Assembly (NCBI GenBank): GCA_965219415.1
Contig: OZ244742.1
Span: forward strand, 512,001-576,000
Direction of reading: 5' to 3'
Length of the DNA: 64,000 nucleotides
DNA from: Candidatus Marinacidobacterales bacterium
Lineage (GTDB): Bacteria > Acidobacteriota > Vicinamibacteria > Marinacidobacterales > DATDRI01
The notes under the pieces were generated by a model, which worked only from the letters and a program-made list of their open reading frames with translations, was not told where the DNA came from and searched no databases. Both the position numbers and the translations under genes were made by a program. This document shows positions 56,056 to 64,000 of this stretch, one piece after another. Position 1 is the stretch's first letter; every line of letters begins with the position of its first letter.

Positions 56056-56214
56056 CTACCTCCTTGGAAAGACACCGACCAGTCCCGCCCGCCGGCGAGC
56101 CCACTCAAGCTCGTCCTCTTCCCGAGCCTTCGGATCGGTCTCGATGATGTCCGCGACGCACGCGACGCATAGCCGGCCTTCCTCGAGCGGGGAGCCGCAG
56201 GCTTCGCATCTCAT
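56056..56214 (-). CDS. 52-aa zinc-ribbon microprotein (absent from the ORF track)
   Basis: MRCEACGSPLEEGRLCVACVAD...; ATGA overlap with the upstream RHH stop; its end contains the GGAGG RBS for the next ATG at 56053. Confidence 0.65.
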   Translation of the reverse strand: MRCEACGSPLEEGRLCVACVADIIETDPKAREEDELEWARRRAGLVGVFPRR

Positions 56215-56384
56215 TTCGACACCCCTAGCTCCGCCTCCATAGGCGGGATCGCGAAGTTGAGAGCCTTCCGAACGACCGACGCACGTGAAACGGTCGGGTC
56301 GGCATCGGCCGCCTTTTTCGCTTGGACGATTCGATCGAGACGCTCCATCTGCGTGCCGGTGATATAGACAACCAGGCGCTCCAT
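56211..56384 (-). CDS. ribbon-helix-helix DNA-binding protein
   Basis: MERLVVYITGTQMERLDRIV...SRASVVRKAL RHH pattern. Confidence 0.7.
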   Translation of the reverse strand: MERLVVYITGTQMERLDRIVQAKKAADADPTVSRASVVRKALNFAIPPMEAELGVSK

Positions 56385-56692
56385 CGAGGGGCCCTCAATA
56401 GCCTTTGGTGGCTTCGCGTGGCTCACAGGGCACACCTCTCACTGGACTGCGGGACCCATGTCGGAGCCAAGGACACGCTACGACCAGCAGGATCACTCGG
56501 TACCGGGTTTGTAGCGGTCAGGCGGGGGGGTCTTAGCCCAGTAAATCCGGCCCCTCGAAGAGAAAGGGGAAGGGCCTCCTGGGCCGGCGACTTGTTAGGC
56601 CAGTGTCGCCTGGAGGCGCCTAGTGATCGGCACTCCACAAGCCGAAAGTAGATGAAGATTTATCGGTTCTAGATCTTTTATAATAGACTGAC

Positions 56693-58999
56693 TTGAGCAA
56701 GAAACGTCGAACCCGGCGGCGCCGCTATTCGCGCCTTCGCTTCAAGATTACCTTCGCCGCGCTCACCCTTGTCAGCATCGCACTTTTCTATATTGCCGCG
56801 GTGCTCATCGTCCACTACTTCAAGTTCTCTCGTGAGATCGCCCTGCGGCTCGAAGGCGAGCGGCTGGCGAGGCCAAGCTGGGTCTACGCGCGGCCCTTCG
56901 AGCTGCGCACCCAGCAGAGGCTGTTGGAATCCGAGTTCATCGAGCTTCTGAACTCGCTTCGCTACCAGCGAACCAAGAGCTCCGTGCAAGAGCCGGGTAC
57001 GTTTTACAAAGCCAAAGACGAAATCCGAGTGCATCTAACACACTCCGGAAAAAGCGACTCGCCGCACATCATCGGGGTTCGTTTTTGGGACAAGTCGGTA
57101 CAAGGCATTCGAGAGTTCCCTAGTGAAAACGCCCTCACAACAGTAGGCTTCGAAGCCGTCCCCGTGACAACGCTCTTCGGAGAAGAGCGGAGCAAACAAA
57201 GGTGGGTGTCTCTAGAGGAGATCCCGCCTCTCGTCATCGAGGCGGTGCTGGCTACCGAGGACCGTCGGTTCTTCGAGCACACCGGTCTCGATCCCGTTGG
57301 GATCGTGAGAGCCGCATGGCTGGACATCAAGAGCGGCGAAGTAAAACAGGGAGGAAGCACGCTCAGCCAACAGCTGGTCAAGAACTACTTCTTGACCCCG
57401 GAAAGAACCGTGCGGCGCAAAGCCCTAGAAGCCTTTCTCGCCATCATCCTCGAAAGCCGCGCAAGTAAGGAAGAGATCCTCCAGCTCTATCTCAACGATG
57501 TGTACTTAGGCCAGCGTGGCTCGTTCGGAATCAACGGTGTGGGCCAAGCGGCCAAGATCTATTTCGGTAAGGACGTCAAGAACCTGGAGCTCGAAGAAGC
57601 TGCACTCTTGGCAGCTCTCATCCGTGCGCCCAACGCCGCGTCCCCTTTCCGACATGCGGACAAGGCCCGCGCCCGCAGGGACATCGTGCTCGACCAAATG
57701 GCGCGCCATGGTTTCATCGAGCGAGACGCCGCAGAGGCAGCCGCCGCGAGACCGCTTCGAATCGAGATCGGGGCGGTGGACGTGGGTGAAGCCCCTTACT
57801 TCATCGACGCTCTACGCGAAGAGCTCTTCGACCGCTACCCACCGGAAGCGACCGTCAACCTGACCGTGCACTCCACGATGGATCGATATCTTCAAACCGC
57901 CGCCCAGCGCGCGGTGGCGGACGGACTCACCGAGATCGGGGAGAAACTCTCCGGAAAGAACAAACCCCGGGACGTCCAGGCGGCCCTCATTGTGATGGAG
58001 CCCTCTCGCGGGGACGTCCTGGCGCTCGTTGGTGGACGAAGCTACGGTCTCAGTCAATTCAACCGGGCGACCGAAGCACGACGTCAGCCGGGAAGCGCCT
58101 TCAAGCCCTTCGTCTACCTCGCCGCTTTCGAGCGAAGCTACGAGTTGACGCGCATCGGTGGTTCATCGATCCGATACTTCACGCCCGCCAGCGTCGTGCG
58201 CGACGAGCCCACGACGATCTGGCACGGAGGAAGGCCATGGCGCCCGTCCAACTACGATCATCGATTCTCCGGCGACGTCACCTATCGTCACGCCTTGGCT
58301 CGTTCACTCAATGTGGCCACCGCGAAAGTCGGAAAGGAAGTTGGCTACGAACGAGTGGTCAAGCTCTGGGATGCCATCGGAACGCACAGTAATCTCCAAC
58401 CATACCCTTCCGTCGTGCTGGGAGCCTTCGAAATGACACCACTGGACCTGGCCACCGCCTACACCGTCATCGCTAACCATGGTGTCCGCGTCGATCCTCG
58501 ATTCTTCGTCGAGGTCAAAGACGCCAAGGGACGGACCCCCGACCGGTTGGAGACCGCCCGCCATGCGGTAGCGCATCCGGCGAGCGCCTATCTGGTAACC
58601 GACATGATGCGAAGCGTCATCGACCGGGGCACGGCGAGAGAGATTCGGGCGCGCGGTTTCAAAGCGGTCGCTGCCGGCAAGACCGGCACCACCAACGATA
58701 CTCGCGACGCCTGGTTCGTCGGGTTCACGCCTGACCTACTCGCCATCGTGTGGGTCGGATACGATGACAACAAACCGCTGGGACTCACCGGCTCGCAAGC
58801 GGCATTGCCGATATGGACCCGCTTTATGAAGTCCGCGGTCTCCGGTCGAGAGAGTGGAGTGTTCGAGCCACCGAGCGGCGTGACCTTCGCCCGCATCGAT
58901 CCCGAAACGGGGCAGCTCGCGCGAGCATCTTGCCCCAGCGGCCAGTCCGAGACTTTCATCACCGGTACTGAGCCGCGCGCCTTCTGCGCCCGACACTAA
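56693..58999 (+). CDS. mrcB: class A penicillin-binding protein (PBP1B-like, UB2H domain)
   Basis: EDRRFFEH, GGSTLSQQLVKN, RKALE, YLN; PGSAFKP, SLN, KTG motifs; UB2H-like insert after the TM helix. Confidence 0.9.
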   Translation: MSKKRRTRRRRYSRLRFKITFAALTLVSIALFYIAAVLIVHYFKFSREIALRLEGERLARPSWVYARPFELRTQQRLLESEFIELLNSLRYQRTKSSVQEPGTFYKAKDEIRVHLTHSGKSDSPHIIGVRFWDKSVQGIREFPSENALTTVGFEAVPVTTLFGEERSKQRWVSLEEIPPLVIEAVLATEDRRFFEHTGLDPVGIVRAAWLDIKSGEVKQGGSTLSQQLVKNYFLTPERTVRRKALEAFLAIILESRASKEEILQLYLNDVYLGQRGSFGINGVGQAAKIYFGKDVKNLELEEAALLAALIRAPNAASPFRHADKARARRDIVLDQMARHGFIERDAAEAAAARPLRIEIGAVDVGEAPYFIDALREELFDRYPPEATVNLTVHSTMDRYLQTAAQRAVADGLTEIGEKLSGKNKPRDVQAALIVMEPSRGDVLALVGGRSYGLSQFNRATEARRQPGSAFKPFVYLAAFERSYELTRIGGSSIRYFTPASVVRDEPTTIWHGGRPWRPSNYDHRFSGDVTYRHALARSLNVATAKVGKEVGYERVVKLWDAIGTHSNLQPYPSVVLGAFEMTPLDLATAYTVIANHGVRVDPRFFVEVKDAKGRTPDRLETARHAVAHPASAYLVTDMMRSVIDRGTAREIRARGFKAVAAGKTGTTNDTRDAWFVGFTPDLLAIVWVGYDDNKPLGLTGSQAALPIWTRFMKSAVSGRESGVFEPPSGVTFARIDPETGQLARASCPSGQSETFITGTEPRAFCARH

Positions 59000-59004
59000 A
59001 GCTC

Positions 59005-60046
59005 ATGCCCACCATTACCGAGACCGAAATCAAGGAGCAGCCCGAAGCATGGGCGAAGACGTTCAACCGGTTCCGCTCGGATGGAGAAAACGTCCGGGCC
59101 GCGCTCGAAGCCTTCGCCGACAAACGGTTGGACTTTACCGGCTGCGGGACCTCGTACTACTTGGCCCTCTCGGCCGCCTCGGCCTGGACCAGCATTGCGG
59201 GTCGTGCGGGTCGCGCCGTGACCGCTTCCGACGTGTTCCTCCATCCCAGCTCCCTCTTTTCGCAAACCGGCAAGCCGGCGGGAATCGTCATCTCCCGATC
59301 CGGTGAAACGACGGAAGCGGTTAGGGCGGCCGAGTACCTGAGCAAGAAAATGGAAACAGAGACCGTCGCCGTAACCTGTCACGCCGACAACCAGTTGGCG
59401 GGCGTCTGCCGGCGGAAGCTAGTTGCGGAAGCGGCGGAAAAAAACGTCGTCATGACGAAGTCCTTTACCAGCATGCTGCTGCTATTGGAGTGCCTGGCGG
59501 CCAGTGAGTCCGGCAATGACGAGCTCCTCGACGAACTGGCCACACTTGCCGCCCGGTGTCGGGAGCTCATCCCTGAAGTGGATGCTCGGGCAAGAGAAAT
59601 CGCCCAGCTCGATGCCCCGGACCACTTCGTTTTTCTAGGGCAGGGGCCCCTCTACGGGCTCGCGTGTGAGTCGATGCTCAAAATGAAGGAAATGTCCCTC
59701 TCCGCCTCCGAAGCCTTTCATACGCTCGAATTTCGACATGGCCCCGTTGCGACGGGTTACCGAAGAATCCTTGGTGGTGCTACTCCTCTCGGACATGGCT
59801 CGGGAGCAAGAAATAAGGGTCCTACAAGACGTACAACGTTTAGGGGCCACCACGATGGTGATCGGGGACAATTTGAAAGGTGTGACCGCAGATTTCGTCT
59901 TCGAGTTGCAATCCGGCGTGCGCGATGTGGTCCGTCTTCCGCTCTACATGCCCATCACGCAACTTCTTGCCCATCATCGCGCAAGACACAAGGGCATCGA
60001 TCCCGACAATCCCAAGAACCTGACGCAAGTCGTTCTGCTGGAATGA
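59005..60046 (+). CDS. SIS-domain sugar-phosphate isomerase/deaminase (AgaS/GlmS-like), frameshift near 59745
   Basis: EIKEQP, GCGTSY, ISRSGETTE, VVMTKSFTS, LKMKE, EFRHGP, PDNPKNLTQVV. Confidence 0.9.
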
Positions 60047-60980
60047 AAGACTACGACATCCTCGTCGTCGGTGAACTGAACGTCGATCTCATACTTGACG
60101 ACATCGCGGCCCCTCCCCAATTGGGGAAAGAGATCTTGGCCGAACGAATGCACTTGGTGCTGGGAAGCTCTTCCGCGATTTTTGCCAGTAACGTGGCGAG
60201 CCTAGGCGCCCGCACCGCCTTCGTCGGCAAGGTGGGCCAGGATGACTTCGGTCGTTTCGTGATGAGCCGCCTCGAGGAAAAGCACATCGACACCAGCTAC
60301 ATTCTTCAGGACGAGCATCTCACCACCGGCGCCAGCGTCATCTTGAGTTATCCGGAAGAAAGAGCCATCGTCACCTACAAAGGCGCCATGGACGAGCTGG
60401 TTCATGGCGATGTTGCCGGCGAAGCGCTGAGTCGGGCGCGTCACCTTCACCTCTCGTCCTACTACCTACAAAAGGGCATCCAACCAAGCTGCCCGGCTCT
60501 CTTCAAAACCGCCAAAGATTCGGGCCTCACGACGTCTCTCGACACCAATTGGGATCCGGAAGAGAAGTGGGGCAACGAGATCTTCGACCTCTTGCCACAC
60601 GTAGACGTGTTTCTCCCCAACAAGAACGAGGCGTCTCTGCATTTCCCGCCAGGACTCGGTCGATAGCGCCCTCGCTCACTTGAGCCAATACTCCCCGACC
60701 GTTGTGATCAAGTTGGGCGAGGAGGGTGCGCTAGCGACTCAGGATGGAGCCATTCATCGCGGCGCCCCACTCGATGTCACTCCTGTGGATGCGGTAGGCG
60801 CCGGGGACAGTTTTGACGCGGGCTTTGTCCTTCACTATCTCGAGGGCTCCGATATCCGGCGTTGCCTGGACTACGGGAATCTTTGCGGAGCACTTTCGGT
60901 GACCCAGCCCGGGTGGAACCGCGGCCTTCAGCAACCCGGAACAGATCGAGCGAGACCTGGAGAAGCTCAGTGGCCACTAG
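60043..60980 (+). CDS. PfkB-family carbohydrate kinase (frameshifts near 60640 and 60910)
   Basis: VVGELNVD, LGSSSAIFA, GKVGQDDFG, DTNWDP, PNKNEA, DAVGAGDSFDAG. Confidence 0.9.
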
Positions 60981-61864
60981 GTCGAAGCTCTGGCTGATCT
61001 TCGCCTTGATCACGACTTCGTCTTGGGGACTGTGGGGTGCCCTGATCGAAATTCCCGAAAAGGCAGGCTTCCCCGCGACACTCGGCTACTCAGTTTGGAC
61101 CCTGACCATGATCCCGCCGGCATTGATCGCCCTTCGACTCATTAGTTGGAAACTCGACACGCACCCACGCTCCGTTTGGTTCGGTTTGGTTATCGGTTTT
61201 CTCGGCGCGGGCGGCCAGCTCATTTTGTTTCAAGCGCTCCGAATGGGCCCGGCCTACTTGGTCTTCCCTTTCATTTCCCTCTCGCCGGTGGTGACTATTC
61301 TGATGTCCTACGGGCTCCTGAAAGAGCGCGCTAGCCGGTTGGGATGGCTTGGAATCGCGCTGGCTCTGCTAGCTATCCCTCTGCTCTCATACCAGGAGCC
61401 GGGAAGCTCGGTGGCGGACGGCTACTTCTGGATGCTCTTGGCGCTCCTCGTGTTTCTAGCTTGGGGAGTCCAAGCCTATTACATGAAAGTCGCCAACCAA
61501 ACCATGAGGGCGGAGAGTATATTTTTCTACATGATGGCGACCGCCATCATCCTCCTCCCGATGGCACTCCTGATGACCGACTTCTCGCAACCCATCAATT
61601 GGGGCTTCAAGGGGCCTTACCTTGCTGCCATGATCCAGGTCCTGAACTCCATCGGCGCGCGCTGCCTGGTCTATGCGTTTCGTTACGGGAGAGCCATCAT
61701 CGTTAGTCCGATGACCAATGCCATCGCGCCGGTGATCACGGTGGTCATCTCCCTAGCCCTCTATCGCGTAGTGCCCCACGCTGTTGTACTGAGTGGGATG
61801 GCTTTGGCCCTTAGCCGCTGCATTCTTAATGGCGATCGAAGAAGAGCCGGGATCGCCCGCCTAA
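60970..61864 (+). CDS. EamA/DMT-family transporter (frameshift near 61815)
   Basis: about 10 TM segments, two EamA repeats (GPAYLVFPFISLSP; GRAIIVSPMTNAIAP). Confidence 0.88.
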
Positions 61865-61889
61865 GGCTCGATTCGCGACGTGCTACTCG

Positions 61890-62820
61890 CCCCAAACGCG
61901 CCGGCTCCAGGTACTCGCCCTCGAGTGGACCGGCGATAGCTTTTCCAGAAAGAACGAGCCATGTCGTGCCTGTCTGCTCGTCCTTCATCGTCAGGCGATC
62001 GTCTTCCTTCTCGACTTCGCCGAACGTTAGCTCGCGCCCTTCCTCCGACTGGGCCACGAACGCAACCGCCGTCTTCGCGCCCTTGGCGTAGGCCGTCACC
62101 AACGGAACTCCGGCCAGCCGCGCTTGAACAGATTTCTTCTTCTTGAGCTTTTTCAGAGGAAACACCATCGTTTGCCCTTCGACGTAGACGCCGATCACTT
62201 TCTCCTTCCCGTGCAGGCGCTTGTCGGTCACCGTCGCGTAGCCGATCCCGATGGAACGGTCGTTGAAGTAACTCGCGTAGGCCGATCCGCGGGCGCGTTC
62301 TCCAGTATGGAGCACGAGCGTATCCGGATGGAGCTTCTTCCATTCCTTCCAGGTTAGGAGCGACGAAGCGATAGGGCGAAGTTGCTTACCTTGGTAGCGT
62401 CCCGAGATCGCGGTCCCATCAACTTGCGGCCAGAGGCTATCGGTCTGGCGATCGTACATCACCAAAGAGTCCTCGATGAGCTTTCCGCTGACACCGAAGG
62501 TCAACTCCTCCCCTTCCACTTCGCGGGCATACACGATGCCCGTATGCGCGAGTGGTCACCAGGTCACTGCGACGGGTGTGTCTCCCGAGCCGGTCGTTCA
62601 CGATCTCGTGTCCATCGAGTACCCAAGCGGAGTAGGCCTTCGCTGCCTCCACGTCGAAGAGCCCAATGACGAGCTCTCTGTCCGAAAGGAACTTGTCACC
62701 CTCTTCTGCGCTCACGAATTGGGGATCATCGATCGCCGGTATGGCGTCTCTCTCAACAACCTGAACGATCTGCTGGCTGGGAGCCAGCATCGTGTATAGA
62801 ACGAGCCCGTACAGAAACAT
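61890..62820 (-). CDS. DUF3179 domain protein, probable selenoprotein (UGA at 62556-62558); frameshift near 62585; 3' end apparently truncated
   Basis: RDAIPAIDDPQF, AKAY...HEIVND, VAVTW-TGA-PLAHTG, FGVSGKL, MYDRQTDSLW, TWKEWKKLHPDT. Confidence 0.88.
62514..62555 (-). promoter_or_regulatory. SECIS-like hairpin immediately 3' of the UGA
   Basis: CCACU-CGCG/CGCG-A-AGUGG lower stem, GCAUAC/GUAUGC upper stem, G-starting apical loop about 16 nt from the UGA. Confidence 0.7.
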
Positions 62821-62888
62821 TACCCACCTCCACCCGCCAGTATACTTTCGTCGCCGATGAGCGATGTGAGATCCCCGACAGTTCCTCG

Positions 62889-62954
62889 TGTCACATAATT
62901 GGATCCGACCCCGCCGTCTTGACCATACACGGGGTCGGATCTAATTATGTGACA
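62889..62954. repeat. inverted doublet of the same 24-bp REP-like repeat
   Basis: tgtcacataattggatccgacccc (62889-62912) and ggggtcggatctaattatgtgaca (62931-62954). Confidence 0.85.
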
Positions 62955-63642
62955 GGCGGCGGTAGCCACCCACATCCTGTTGGGGTTTCCCCCCAACGGA
63001 CTCCAAGCCGTTGAACACCTGGATATCTCCTTAAACACCTCAATGGAAAGCGTTTGAACATCTCGACCGCACACGCAGACCGAGGCATGGTTCTTGCCTT
63101 ATGTGACCTTAAGTTCGCCACACCTGCGCCATTTGGGTAGTGGCACCTCAGACCGAAGGAAAGGAAATGACCGGCCAGATCGAGTCGCTCCGAGCCGAGA
63201 AGCGTTCGCTCTCGTTCTCGCCGAACCCGGCGAGCACCCAGGCTACCAGCTCCGCTATTGCCTCGTCTTCAATCAGTGCATCGTATACCGTCCCGGGCGC
63301 GACTACCCCGAGTCCAATAACGGTTTCTTCCTCAACGAAGTGTTTGACAGCGGCTGGGCACTCTATGTGACGTAGGCGAGCCGCCGACCTCAAGCGCCGG
63401 CCCTGAGGCCGTGAAAAAGTCTGCAAAAACACTTGACAAGGTTGGGCAGGTGTTTCGAAAAACGGAGACTTCTGCACGCAGATGCCATCCTGAAGCGCAC
63501 AGGCGCTCACTCCCTTCCTTACCCCAGAGTTTGAACATTTTTTCTCATCCCAGCCGGTTTGCTCCGCCTAACAGCGTCCAAGGGCCTCAAAAAAACTGTT
63601 GTTATATTAGGAGAAGCTCGATTCGAAAAAGGGGGCAACGCC

Positions 63643-64000
63643 ATGATCGAAAGAATAAAGACATACTTCGAGGCACGCGAGCGTGTCTCCACCGAACAGC
63701 TCGACCGCACAGCCGAGAAACTCGTTCGCGCCGAGAAACGAAACGTCGCACTCGTCATCGCGCACATCGCAGAGATGTCGAGAAGAAAGGGGCATCTCGA
63801 GCGCGGGTACAAGAGTCTCTTCGAGTGCTGCACCAAGCGCTTGAACCTAGGCGAGGGTTCGGTCGCACGGCGGATTCAGGTGGCCAATGTATCGAAACGT
63901 TTTCCCCAGCTCCTCGTCGCGTTGGCGAAAAACCGGGTGAGCCTTACCGTCGCCGGTTTGCTCGCACCGCATCTTCGAGGGGAAAACATCGAGAGGCTCC
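63643..64000 (+). CDS. N-terminus of DUF222-like protein, often with C-terminal HNH endonuclease; runs off the window
   Basis: AEKLVRAEKRNVALVIAHIAEM..RK.HLERGYKSLFECC..RLNLGEGSVARRIQVA...FPQLL..L...RVSLT; RBS AGGGGG. Confidence 0.75.
   Translation, partial: MIERIKTYFEARERVSTEQLDRTAEKLVRAEKRNVALVIAHIAEMSRRKGHLERGYKSLFECCTKRLNLGEGSVARRIQVANVSKRFPQLLVALAKNRVSLTVAGLLAPHLRGENIERL

Noticed and set aside
59005-60666. Apparent SIS-PfkB fusion protein (553 aa)
   Set aside because: Artefact of a frameshift near 59745; the SIS C-terminus is in ORF 59738-60046 and PfkB has its own ATG at 60043.
63094-63540. Overlapping short ORFs on both strands
   Set aside because: No RBS, motif or strand preference could be established.

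Overview
GC-rich (about 60% by eye) bacterial chromosomal window. Gene content resembles Acidobacteriota/Myxococcota-type genomes, which is inference only. Many genes carry single-base frameshifts, so long-read consensus error is likely and pseudogene calls are tentative. Main contents in order: (1) a radical SAM/sulfatase/LtaS-like cluster; (2) an SOS mutagenesis cassette lexA-RHH-DUF72-imuA-imuB-dnaE2 with an apparently leaderless lexA promoter and a non-canonical direct-repeat operator; (3) an RnfD-like/DUF2330 pair; (4) an IS hot spot at 21.6-35 kb where IS256-, IS3- and IS110-family elements are nested and a 6.2-kb segment is inverted between two IS256 copies. All target duplications there can be read, and the split IS110 retains a bridge-RNA-like leader with guides matching its own target and donor junctions; (5) an orphan DnaA/NrdR-type promoter ahead of a VIT-vWA gene; (6) metabolic/envelope genes (LeuD-LeuC-type fusion, ETF-QO, Omp85, CBS, pyk); (7) a decayed integrase/AAA-ATPase island; (8) PBP1B plus a sugar isomerase/kinase/EamA operon; (9) a DUF3179 gene with an in-frame UGA and SECIS-like hairpin (probable selenoprotein missed by the ORF track). 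Two doublets of a 24-bp REP-like repeat lie at 17.2 kb and 62.9 kb. No rRNA, tRNA or CRISPR array was seen.
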